From Nanobdellota archaeon (GTDB taxonomy: Archaea > Aenigmatarchaeota > Aenigmatarchaeia > QMZP01): a DNA stretch of 47,024 nt. This document shows positions 9,363 through 18,088 of this stretch, piece by piece; position 1 is the first letter of the stretch; each line of letters begins with the position of its first letter. The position numbers and the translations under genes were made by a program. Below the pieces are notes generated by a model. It worked only from the letters and a program-made list of their open reading frames with translations. It was not told the DNA's origin and made no database searches. The DNA is taken from the NCBI GenBank assembly GCA_043814765.1, contig JBDRJQ010000037.1, positions 1 through 47,024 of the forward strand, given 5' to 3'.

Positions 9363-10721
9363 AGTTTTTTGGGTTTGCTTCTTGTGAGCAATTTCTTCTA
9401 TTGATTCAGAAATAGCAGGTTCAACCAGTTTATGCTCTTCCTCAGTTTTGGATGCAAGTTTAGACGTAGTCTCTGTTTTGGATTGAACCCTTTTCAAAGG
9501 TTCATTTTCTAAAGGTTGATTAGGAGCTTCTTTAATTTTTGCAATAGGTTCCTCTTCCCTATGATTCTCTCTCAAAAAATCAACAACAGAATCTCCTTTA
9601 CCATTTTCCAGCATATCAAAGACATTTTCAAAGGTCTTCGGGTCAAGCTTGGCTGTTTCTAGGTTCTGCCTTAGAAGCTTCTTACCCAAATCCTCGGCAG
9701 ACAATTTCTGCTCTTCTATAGTTTTTGTCTGAAGCTCTTGTTTGTCTATGTCTTTTCTAAAAGAAACAAGAGCTATATCCTGATACTTGTTTTTCAATGA
9801 CATTGTATCAACATTTGACTTGCCTGTAATCTTTACTCGTATTGCAGGCTTCTTTTCATGATACTGTGAAGTTATCTCCTTTATCTTCTGATCAATCTGT
9901 TCATGTGTAGTGTTAGGCATATTTTCAAAATAAACCTTCCTCTGGTTGTTTATCTCAACGTATTGTATGCCACTTCTCATCTGCTTTGTGTCAAATACCC
10001 AAAAACCTCGAGGTTTAACTGATTCTTTGTTCAATTGAGTCTGAATCGTTGAGCCTGTTATTACTAAGGGTTTGCTGTCATATGATGATATTTCAGGGTT
10101 GTGTATATGCCCATTTATGTACAGATCAAATCCTCTGGGAAGCGTGTTTAATGGAACTAAATGAGGAGCGTATAAAAACCCTTCAAGTGACTGGTGCAGC
10201 ATAAAAATATTGAAGCAATCCTTTATTGGTTTAGGTCCCCATTCTTCCAGAGCTTTTTCAACATACTGATCAGGAACACCAGACAACCCCTGTATACAAA
10301 TCTTTTCATCGCCTTTCTTGAGTGTTACACCATTACTGTCTAAATGTATTAAGAAACCAGCCCTTTCCATAGCCTCTATAGGATTGACAAGGCCACGAGT
10401 TCTGCGTTCATGTGTTCCGTGTATGGCAATCACAGGTATCCCTTTGAATCTTTTATGTTCAACATTCTCTATTCCCTTACCAACACCTTCTATTATTTCA
10501 ACCTCGTTGTTAACAGTGAGAAGCTTTACAAACATATTCAGTGCACGCGAAAGCGTTTCCTGGGAAGGAACTTTCTTATCAAATATGTCTCCAGGAAGAA
10601 GTATTACGTCAGATTCTGTACTCCGCTCAAGTATTTCTTTAACCGCTTCAAATGAGTCATTTTCTCTTTCTGTGCCCTCACCAAAACCAAAATGCGTGTC
10701 AGAAATAATAGTGATTTTCAT
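9354..10721 (-). CDS. mre11: Mre11 DNA double-strand-break nuclease with a low-complexity C-terminal tail
   Basis: Phosphoesterase motifs SDTHFG, PGDIFD, HGTHE, HQ, GHIH. Confidence 0.9.
   Translation of the reverse strand: MKITIISDTHFGFGEGTERENDSFEAVKEILERSTESDVILLPGDIFDKKVPSQETLSRALNMFVKLLTVNNEVEIIEGVGKGIENVEHKRFKGIPVIAIHGTHERRTRGLVNPIEAMERAGFLIHLDSNGVTLKKGDEKICIQGLSGVPDQYVEKALEEWGPKPIKDCFNIFMLHQSLEGFLYAPHLVPLNTLPRGFDLYINGHIHNPEISSYDSKPLVITGSTIQTQLNKESVKPRGFWVFDTKQMRSGIQYVEINNQRKVYFENMPNTTHEQIDQKIKEITSQYHEKKPAIRVKITGKSNVDTMSLKNKYQDIALVSFRKDIDKQELQTKTIEEQKLSAEDLGKKLLRQNLETAKLDPKTFENVFDMLENGKGDSVVDFLRENHREEEPIAKIKEAPNQPLENEPLKRVQSKTETTSKLASKTEEEHKLVEPAISESIEEIAHKKQTQKTLF
9435..9530. repeat. 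Palindromic repeat element, copy 1 (in frame inside mre11)
   Basis: Ungapped manual alignment to 21724-21819 gives 80/96 identity. Confidence 0.85.
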
Positions 10722-10788
10722 AAACAATTCTTAATAGTAACTAATAAATTACTGAATGTATTTAAGCAGTAAAACATTAAACTAAACC

Positions 10789-11832
10789 ATGATGCAAGAA
10801 CTTTTTTCTCTAACAGCGCAGAAAATAGTAGACGACTACTTGCGAATTTTGCCAGAAGAAAGATTTTTTATCATAACCGATAGAAGAAGAGACTTTTCTT
10901 ATAAACTTTCCAAGGCTTGTTATGATTATGCTAGTAAAAAGAAAATTGAAACAAAGATAATTGTTCAGAAACGGACATCATACGGACCTGCAGATCAAAG
11001 TGTTGTGAGACTTTTTTCTGATCTCAAAAAGAATGACTGTCTTTTCATCTGTCTTGAAGACAAGCTTGGAAACTTCTATAACAAATTTAACAAAGGGTTC
11101 CGTAGCGTTATGCGCCAGCAGGGTGCAAGGTTCGCAACAATGACTGGTCTGCGCAGCCTTAACAACGAAGAGCGCTTACTGAAAGCTATAATTATAGGTT
11201 CTGAAGAAGTTAGAGAAAATGGAAAGAGACTGAAAGAACTGCTGGATAAAGCAAAAATAATTGAGCTTATTGGAAAATCAGGCACTAACATAAGGGCCAA
11301 TATAGAAAATCGCAATGCATGGTTTAATTCAGGCGAATTTTTCAAGTCAGGAACAGGCGGAAATCTGCCATCTGGCAACATAGACATTTTCCCTGTAGAA
11401 GGGAGTGTATCAGGAAAAATAGTTATAGATCACAGCGTAAAGATAGAGGCTGATACTGTTGTTTTAAAAAAACCAATAGAGTTTGAAATAGAAAACGGAG
11501 AGATAGTTCAGATACATGGTGAACAGTATATTGTTGAAAGAATCTACAACGACTTAAACAACTTCTCCTTCATTAACCAGCGTGCTGGCTTCGATCCACG
11601 CGGCATATTCAGAATAAGCGGTTTATCATTCGGATTATTACCATTACAGCCTATAGGTCTAAATCTTATGGATGAGCGTCTTTTGGGCCTTGCTGCAGTA
11701 TCCAATGGTAACAGCTGGGGCAAGGGCGGCAGAAACAAATGCCGCGGACACCGTGATCATTTATTCTGGATAGATCATATTTTGATAGATGGTGAGAAAT
11801 ACACAGTTAATCAGTTGGGGAAGTTAGATTAG
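10789..11832 (+). CDS. M29 (AmpT/aminopeptidase II)-like protein with degenerate metal ligands
   Basis: GTNI, GGNLPSG, PVEGSVSGKIVID, IENGEI, MDER, HRD. Confidence 0.75.
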   Translation: MMQELFSLTAQKIVDDYLRILPEERFFIITDRRRDFSYKLSKACYDYASKKKIETKIIVQKRTSYGPADQSVVRLFSDLKKNDCLFICLEDKLGNFYNKFNKGFRSVMRQQGARFATMTGLRSLNNEERLLKAIIIGSEEVRENGKRLKELLDKAKIIELIGKSGTNIRANIENRNAWFNSGEFFKSGTGGNLPSGNIDIFPVEGSVSGKIVIDHSVKIEADTVVLKKPIEFEIENGEIVQIHGEQYIVERIYNDLNNFSFINQRAGFDPRGIFRISGLSFGLLPLQPIGLNLMDERLLGLAAVSNGNSWGKGGRNKCRGHRDHLFWIDHILIDGEKYTVNQLGKLD

Positions 11833-12529
11833 ATGATTTTTCTACAAACTTTCTGAAAATTTTATTAAAGTTGTTATTACTTTCTATAAGATTTTCTGGA
11901 TGAAATTGTACACCAATAACGAATTTGTCTTTATGTTCTATGGATTCTATTATTCCATCTTTAGATCTGGAACTTACGATAAAATCATCCGGAACTTTTG
12001 ATAAGTGCTGTCTATGGAAACTATTTACATTCAATATATCATTTCCTAATGTTTCAAAAAACCTGCTGTTGCTTTCTATTTTTATCGAATGAAGCGTTTC
12101 GTTTTCTGGCTTTTTTTGATAATGATTTTCAGTACGCTCTATGTTGTCTATACTGCCTCCAAACACCTCGCCTATCATTTGATAGCCTCTGCAAATTCCC
12201 ATAATCGGTATGCTCAAACTGAAGGCATTTTCTATTAGCATTTTTTCAAAATCATAACGTTTTGGATTCTGTTCCCTTAATGAAGGAATTTTATCAACTT
12301 CACCCTGATTTACCTTCCTGTTAATTTCTCCGGCTCCGTCGCTTATTAGAAGGCCATTTATTTTTTCCAAAAGAATCTTTGTATTATTTTCATCTAGCAT
12401 GGGTAGCATTATTGGTATGGCTCCATTCTTTTCTAAAACTTCAGAAAAAATAGAATAAACCTTATAATAGTTTTCCTTGCTATCAAAATGGCAAGAGATT
12501 CCAATTACCGGTTTTTTAGATACAATCAT
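11807..12529 (-). CDS. Peptidase C26 / PuuD-like gamma-glutamyl hydrolase (class I glutamine amidotransferase fold)
   Basis: KPVIGIS, GICRGYQ (nucleophile Cys), VNSFHRQ, GVQFHPE. Confidence 0.9.
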   Translation of the reverse strand: MIVSKKPVIGISCHFDSKENYYKVYSIFSEVLEKNGAIPIMLPMLDENNTKILLEKINGLLISDGAGEINRKVNQGEVDKIPSLREQNPKRYDFEKMLIENAFSLSIPIMGICRGYQMIGEVFGGSIDNIERTENHYQKKPENETLHSIKIESNSRFFETLGNDILNVNSFHRQHLSKVPDDFIVSSRSKDGIIESIEHKDKFVIGVQFHPENLIESNNNFNKIFRKFVEKSSNLTSPTD

Positions 12530-13304
12530 AATCAAACTCTTCTTTTGTTAAGTATTCAGCAGGACCTGTCATCAAAATGTTTTTCCCATTCAAATCAAAA
12601 TGCAGGCTACCTCCTAGAGAGATTACTTCTATTGGAAATTTACAACTATTTACTCTGTTTACAACATAAGCTGTGGCTGTAGCTCCTGTGCCACAACATT
12701 CTGTAATCCTTTCTACACATGCCTCGTATGTTTTTATTTTAACTTTATGGGGGTTTAAAACTTCAATCATATTAACGTGCATATTATCAGGATATCCTAA
12801 ACGTTCACAAATAGGACGATTATATCTCAAAGCAACACATCTTTTATATGCGTTTATTTTTTCCAAGCTGTTTACAAATTCAACTAAATGAGGTATACCA
12901 GTGAAAACAAAATAAAGATTTTTATCAACGCGTTTAAAACTTCTTGATACACCCATGTTAACTTCAAATAAATTATCGCCTTTGAAAGTTATTTGTTTTA
13001 CCCCATCGAGGGTATTTATTTCAAATTTTTTACCAGTAACATAACCCCTTTTCATGCCATATAACGCAACGCATCTTATGCCATTGCCACACATCGTTTC
13101 TTCTGTACCGTCCCTATCAAATATCCTCATTTTCATTATACCGTTTAATTTTGAAACAAAAAGCACACTATCTGGGTCAAAATTATCTTTAGCTACAACC
13201 CTAACAAAATCACTTTTTGCGTTTTCTGGTATTACCAAACTTGCATATTCGTCTACTAAAATGAGCCTGTTTCCAAGTGCTTGCATTTTTGAAATTTCTA
13301 CCAT
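12516..13304 (-). CDS. DapF-like PLP-independent amino-acid epimerase/racemase
   Basis: KMQALGN, MCGNGIRC, PH, CCGTGA, GGSL, MTGPA. The DAP distal-site residues are substituted. Confidence 0.88.
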   Translation of the reverse strand: MVEISKMQALGNRLILVDEYASLVIPENAKSDFVRVVAKDNFDPDSVLFVSKLNGIMKMRIFDRDGTEETMCGNGIRCVALYGMKRGYVTGKKFEINTLDGVKQITFKGDNLFEVNMGVSRSFKRVDKNLYFVFTGIPHLVEFVNSLEKINAYKRCVALRYNRPICERLGYPDNMHVNMIEVLNPHKVKIKTYEACVERITECCGTGATATAYVVNRVNSCKFPIEVISLGGSLHFDLNGKNILMTGPAEYLTKEEFDYDCI

Positions 13305-13308
13305 ATTT

Positions 13309-14328
13309 TCACCCTTTTAGTCTAAATCTTGCAGAATATGCCATATCCGACATAGATGCAGGGATTTCTATGCCATATCTGATTGCTCCGCCATGAACCA
13401 TCATATTAACCACTTCATCAAAACCCACACCATAATTATTTGCTGCCCTTCTGAGATAGCTATCATCGCCTAGCCCAGGGAAGAGGTTTGTTTCAATGAC
13501 ATAGATTTCGCCGTTTCTCATTCTTGTATCAACCCTTATAATATCTTTATAGCCAACTGAGTCAGATGCTATATCCGCAATATCTTTTAGGGCACGCATA
13601 GTTTCAATGTCCAGGTCAGGTTTTTTTACCTTGTCTGTTAAAGGATCGTTTTTTATGGCATCTGTTAAAATTTTTCTTCGATCTCCCCCAGGAAAAAGTA
13701 TTTCCAAGGGAAACATTGTCTTTTCTGACCCATTATATAGCACACAAACTGTTATTTCTCTAATATCTTCACCGCCAACATATTCTTCTAAAATAAGATT
13801 TTCATACATTTTCCATAGTTCATTGACAGCTGAAGGTAGTATGCCTGGAGATTCTATAAAAGTTATGCCTGCACTGCATCCAGCATCGTTTGGTTTCAAT
13901 ATCAGTGGATAATTTAAATCTATTTCATTATAATCAAATTCTATATTTCCTTTCTTTAGAACGCGAAATCTTGGTGTTCTTATCCCCGCTTCTTCAAACT
14001 TAACTTTAGAAAGATTTTTATTAATGGATGTCCTGATTGCTTCGGAATCTGATGCAACATAAGAAGCATTAATGGAATCTAATATATCTGGTATCCAACA
14101 AACATTACCATCTTCATCATATATATATTCTACTAAGCTCAAAACAATATCAGGTCTTAATTCCTTCACAGCTATTTCTAGTTTATCTGGGTATCGAAAA
14201 ATACATCTTTTAGTCTCATTTCCTGTGCTTTCAAGAGAATCTTCTATTTCGTCCATTACCTCTTCTGTTCTCCAATCATGCCATCCTTCAGGCCGATCTA
14301 AAAGACCTTTGAACAACAACACCTTCAT
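13309..14328 (-). CDS. D-Ala-D-Ala-ligase-like ATP-grasp enzyme
   Basis: NKNLSK...GIRTP, YPLILKPNDAGCSAGI, EEYVGG, REITV, RVD, IETNLFPGL. Confidence 0.88.
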   Translation of the reverse strand: MKVLLFKGLLDRPEGWHDWRTEEVMDEIEDSLESTGNETKRCIFRYPDKLEIAVKELRPDIVLSLVEYIYDEDGNVCWIPDILDSINASYVASDSEAIRTSINKNLSKVKFEEAGIRTPRFRVLKKGNIEFDYNEIDLNYPLILKPNDAGCSAGITFIESPGILPSAVNELWKMYENLILEEYVGGEDIREITVCVLYNGSEKTMFPLEILFPGGDRRKILTDAIKNDPLTDKVKKPDLDIETMRALKDIADIASDSVGYKDIIRVDTRMRNGEIYVIETNLFPGLGDDSYLRRAANNYGVGFDEVVNMMVHGGAIRYGIEIPASMSDMAYSARFRLKG

Positions 14329-15944
14329 TTTATCACCAAACCATTCAATCTTTCTTTCTCAGTTATCATTTCATCATTATCATCCACTGGTACGCATGCA
14401 CCATTTACCATTCTCGTTCTGACAGTACCCATAGCATAATAATTTTTTAACAGTTGAGGCGTATCCATAATCCCGCTTTCTATCATCTTTGATAAAAATT
14501 CAGGGTTTGATAAATCATCATAACTTGAGCCAAAAGTTTCTATAGAATGGTCTATGATGTATCTAACATCATTTTTTAAAGAGTCCTTTCTTTGTAAAAT
14601 TTCTGGGTCGCTGGAAATATCGGGTAATGAATCAAGTGATTGTGAAATTACGAATCTTGCCATTTTACAACTGTCTACTATATCTTTGCTTGTTGATGCA
14701 TGATGAGCTTCGGAATAGCTTACTACATGAACTATGTCAGGATTTAGATACATCTGCAAACCAACAGAATGAGCTAGGTGTGCTTTGGCTTCAGACATAT
14801 CTGCAGGATAACTCAACAGGCCTGTTCTAGTCTGGACAAGAAGACTTATGTCTGGTATTTCCTCTATAAGCTCTTTTTTTGCAAGCATTTTTGCCAGATC
14901 CATCTTTGTGCTTGTACCTACTGGAGTATGCATCATGCATTGCAAAATTATGTCGTCAACTCCTTGTTTGGCTGCATTTAAAGCACCTAAATAAGCACCC
15001 AAGACACTTATTGTATCATGAGCATCTCTCAGGCTCCAATGATGGGCCTCCAAAGGCTCTACAAACAAATCACGATCACCATACCATTTCATGAGTTCTT
15101 GATGCTCCTTTATAGAATCTTCAACTGACAGCGGACCCCTTCCATCCATATGGTTAAACCAGAATAATGGAATTGCAGCCCAGGCATTGTTTATTGTCCT
15201 GTCATAAAGCTCTGCAAGCTTTATGAAGTCATTGGTTCCTGCGTAAATTCTAAGAAGAGGGTAATTGCCTGTTCTTGAGGCTTCATAAATAGCCATCAAA
15301 TCATTTTCTGATCTTATTGGCACTCCGCCGGCGCCTGCTGTTTTTGGATCGTGTCTTTCTGGATGAAAAAAACTTTCTTGTGCTGTTTGGTCAGGCGCAA
15401 TTGATACGACATCAACGGTTTCAGACTCTGCTATTTCTCTGACAGCGTCCAATGTTTGTTCCATTGTAGGCAAACCTAGATGATGTCTTATTATAGGAAA
15501 TGGATAATTGGCTTCAATTCTTTCTCTCAATGTGTTTCCGAAAACTACTTCTTCTGGTTCCCCCAAATCACCTTTTAGGTATCTCAGCACCTTTCCACTA
15601 TCACCACTTGCGAAATATTCGTCAAAAAACCCGAATTCCCTAACAGCATCTAATACAGGCTCTGTTCCTGCTAAAACATATTGTTTATTATATAGACCTT
15701 TTATTTTAACAGCTTCAATAAAATCACGCACTTCACTTATTGCTGTTTCAGGCGTGAGCCTATAGCTTACGCCTACAATATCAGGATTATAATTTATTAT
15801 TGCATTTACAATGCCGTCTGTTCCGATGCCTGGACCTAAAAAAATGACTTCATAATCCAGCTTTTCAGCTATCTTTGAAAATTTATTTATTCCTGCAACA
15901 TGTACATCTTGCCCCAACGGAGCCACTAATATTTTTCCTTTCAT
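14325..15944 (-). CDS. Cobalamin-dependent enzyme: B12-binding domain fused to a glutamate-mutase-E-like barrel
   Basis: N-terminal base-off motif GQDVHVAG, FLG and IVGVS. The C-terminal region resembles GlmE (PLLRIYAGTND..LAE, GLLSYPADMSEA, SYSEAHHAST). Confidence 0.8.
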   Translation of the reverse strand: MKGKILVAPLGQDVHVAGINKFSKIAEKLDYEVIFLGPGIGTDGIVNAIINYNPDIVGVSYRLTPETAISEVRDFIEAVKIKGLYNKQYVLAGTEPVLDAVREFGFFDEYFASGDSGKVLRYLKGDLGEPEEVVFGNTLRERIEANYPFPIIRHHLGLPTMEQTLDAVREIAESETVDVVSIAPDQTAQESFFHPERHDPKTAGAGGVPIRSENDLMAIYEASRTGNYPLLRIYAGTNDFIKLAELYDRTINNAWAAIPLFWFNHMDGRGPLSVEDSIKEHQELMKWYGDRDLFVEPLEAHHWSLRDAHDTISVLGAYLGALNAAKQGVDDIILQCMMHTPVGTSTKMDLAKMLAKKELIEEIPDISLLVQTRTGLLSYPADMSEAKAHLAHSVGLQMYLNPDIVHVVSYSEAHHASTSKDIVDSCKMARFVISQSLDSLPDISSDPEILQRKDSLKNDVRYIIDHSIETFGSSYDDLSNPEFLSKMIESGIMDTPQLLKNYYAMGTVRTRMVNGACVPVDDNDEMITEKERLNGLVIK

Positions 15945-16023
15945 ATGCTTCCTCAATTATTGTTAGTTTTATGATACCACTATAAGATAGTTACATATAT
16001 AGTTTTTAAACTTTTTAGCAAAA

Positions 16024-17091
16024 TTAAGCCACTAATGGGATATCTTCTGATAACATGTATTCAAGCCCATTATTGTTAAAACCCATTTTTTCCAATGTTC
16101 TTCCAGTTTTCCTGAAATCGATTTTCATTACTTCAGAAGCTTCAGCTATCAAAACATCTATTGTCGGTGTCTTCACATCAAGAAGTTTGCCAAATTCTGA
16201 TATCGGAACCAATCCAGTTGGCACGTCTTCTGTTATATATCTAACATTAAGCGTTCTTGGTGCAGGAAGATTTTTGTATGCAGGATTCCTGTCTATCATA
16301 ATCCTCAAAGGTACGCCATTTCGAATGCCGTATGAAAAGGTTAACCAATCCTTTATTGGTAAGACATCCACGCCTAATGCCTTGGCAACATCCACCCTTT
16401 CTCTGTCAACAGCTTCTATTCTCATCTCAACATCCCTTGTTACACCTTCTCTATAAAAGTCAAAACCTTCCTCAAGCCTATCCCGATTGCTTAAAAGCAC
16501 TGTTGGGTGGAAAACTGCGCCTATATTGCTGAAACTACATTCAAAAATACCACCCACTTTTATTTGCGGATATACATCGCTTAATGCGTCAGACACAATG
16601 TAGCTGTCCTCTCTTCTCCTTGAAGCCAAGATTATATTATTTTTCACTTTACTTATTCTAACATTACCTGGTTCATGGCTTCTGCAAACATAAATTAAAC
16701 TCGATGTTTCAGCAATAATTGGTTTTGTTTTACCTAGGGCTTTCTCGAACTCGAAAACACCGCCTGTCCTACCGGGATTCAACACAACAATTTGGTCATC
16801 CCTTAAATAAGGAGACATTTTCTTTGCCATATCATAATGAGCATCTGCTGTAGTGACAACCATTATAATATCTGCATCAGATATGGTTTCATCCAAATCA
16901 CAGCTAAGTCTTTCTATTGGAGCAAAACCTTCTATTTCACCTTCTACGTATATTCCTCCAAGTTCTCTGACAGCTGCTATTTTTTCAGGATTTCTATCGT
17001 AGACACTAACATTTTTGCCTGCTAATGTAAGATGTGATGCAAAAGCATGTCCACCATTACCTAAACCCAGTATTGCGTATCTTTCAGTCAT
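16024..17091 (-). CDS. NAD(P)-dependent opine (octopine/nopaline) dehydrogenase family protein
   Basis: Rossmann GLGNGG, LNPGRTGG, AETSSLIY, NIGAVFHP, FYREG, VDRER, RYITEDVPTGL. Confidence 0.93.
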   Translation of the reverse strand: MTERYAILGLGNGGHAFASHLTLAGKNVSVYDRNPEKIAAVRELGGIYVEGEIEGFAPIERLSCDLDETISDADIIMVVTTADAHYDMAKKMSPYLRDDQIVVLNPGRTGGVFEFEKALGKTKPIIAETSSLIYVCRSHEPGNVRISKVKNNIILASRRREDSYIVSDALSDVYPQIKVGGIFECSFSNIGAVFHPTVLLSNRDRLEEGFDFYREGVTRDVEMRIEAVDRERVDVAKALGVDVLPIKDWLTFSYGIRNGVPLRIMIDRNPAYKNLPAPRTLNVRYITEDVPTGLVPISEFGKLLDVKTPTIDVLIAEASEVMKIDFRKTGRTLEKMGFNNNGLEYMLSEDIPLVA

Positions 17092-17130
17092 CAAACTAAC
17101 AAAAAAAACTAGGAACTAAAACCTGAACTA

Positions 17131-17160
17131 ATTATATATATATTAGCTATATAAATATTT
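17131..17160. promoter_or_regulatory. AT-rich divergent promoter region with TATA-like boxes between the opine operon and the EamA gene
   Basis: ATTATATATATATTAGCTATATAAAT in a ~120-bp divergent intergenic gap. Confidence 0.4.
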
Positions 17161-17210
17161 AAGATTTTTAAGACTTTTGTTTATTTCTGTAAATTCCCTA
17201 AGTAAATAGT

Positions 17211-18083
17211 ATGGAATGGATAATTTTTGCTTTGGTGGCAGCTTTTCTTTTTGGGTTTCAAACCATTCTTAAGAAGAAAGTTTTAAAGAAACAGGATACA
17301 TTCGAGTTTCTAACACTATTATATTTAATAAATTTCTTGATATTATTGCCATTCATCTTTAGCGTCAATTTGTTTCTGTCTTCATACTCACTTTTTTTAA
17401 TTTTTGTCAGATCAGTCCTGATGCTCGTGGCTATAGTTTCATTCACCGAAGCACTTAAGCATCTGCCAATATCTACTGTTACGCCGTTATCAAACTTAAA
17501 ACCGTTATTTACCCTAGTATTAGGTTTTATAATCCTCAGTGAAACAATAGGACCATTCCAGATAGTTGGTGTGATTGTAATCATAATGGGTTCTTATCTT
17601 CTGGATTCAGAAGGCAATCTAAAAGATTATAAAAAACCACTAAAGACGTTAATTGAGTCTAGGCAGATTCATTACATTTTAATATTTGCTGTATTTTATT
17701 CATTAGGTGCCATATTATCAAAAACAATATTAAAAACAATCGGGCCTCTGGATTTGCTTTTTTATCATTCCCTTTTCAGCGTTTTTCTCTACTTTGCAAT
17801 AATTTTCATTTTTTATAGTGGAGTAAAAGATTTGAAAAATAGTTGGAACATGGCTGGTTTTTGGATAATATTAATAGCAATATTGGGTGTTCTAGCAAGT
17901 TATACAAGTTTTTTGTCTTTTGCTTCAATTGATTCTAAAGTTATTTTGATTGTTCCAATACTACAGGTATCTAACTTGATAAGCGTTGTGCTTGGCGGAA
18001 AAATATTCAAGGAAAAACACATAGGAATTAAAATAATAGCATCGATTTTGATGATAACAGGAGTTGTTTTAATTCTCATTTAG
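17211..18083 (+). CDS. EamA/DMT family transporter
   Basis: About 10 TM helices in two repeats; ALKHLPIS...LGFIILSE and LGGKIFKE motifs. Confidence 0.9.
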   Translation: MEWIIFALVAAFLFGFQTILKKKVLKKQDTFEFLTLLYLINFLILLPFIFSVNLFLSSYSLFLIFVRSVLMLVAIVSFTEALKHLPISTVTPLSNLKPLFTLVLGFIILSETIGPFQIVGVIVIIMGSYLLDSEGNLKDYKKPLKTLIESRQIHYILIFAVFYSLGAILSKTILKTIGPLDLLFYHSLFSVFLYFAIIFIFYSGVKDLKNSWNMAGFWIILIAILGVLASYTSFLSFASIDSKVILIVPILQVSNLISVVLGGKIFKEKHIGIKIIASILMITGVVLILI

Positions 18084-18088
18084 TTTTC

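Noticed and set aside
9435-9530. Idea that the mre11/ftsY insert is an EndA-spliced mRNA intron
   Set aside because: I could not build a 4-bp central helix with two 3-nt bulges around the hairpin, and the insert keeps the reading frame.
9354-10721. Expected herA-mre11-rad50-nurA operon
   Set aside because: No partner genes are adjacent. Dispersal is unremarkable and cannot be judged from one window.
12516-14328. Reading dapF + ddl as peptidoglycan or lysine biosynthesis
   Set aside because: There are no mur or other dap genes in the window, the DAP-binding residues are replaced, and the ligase lacks the N-terminal GGxSxE motif of true Ddl.
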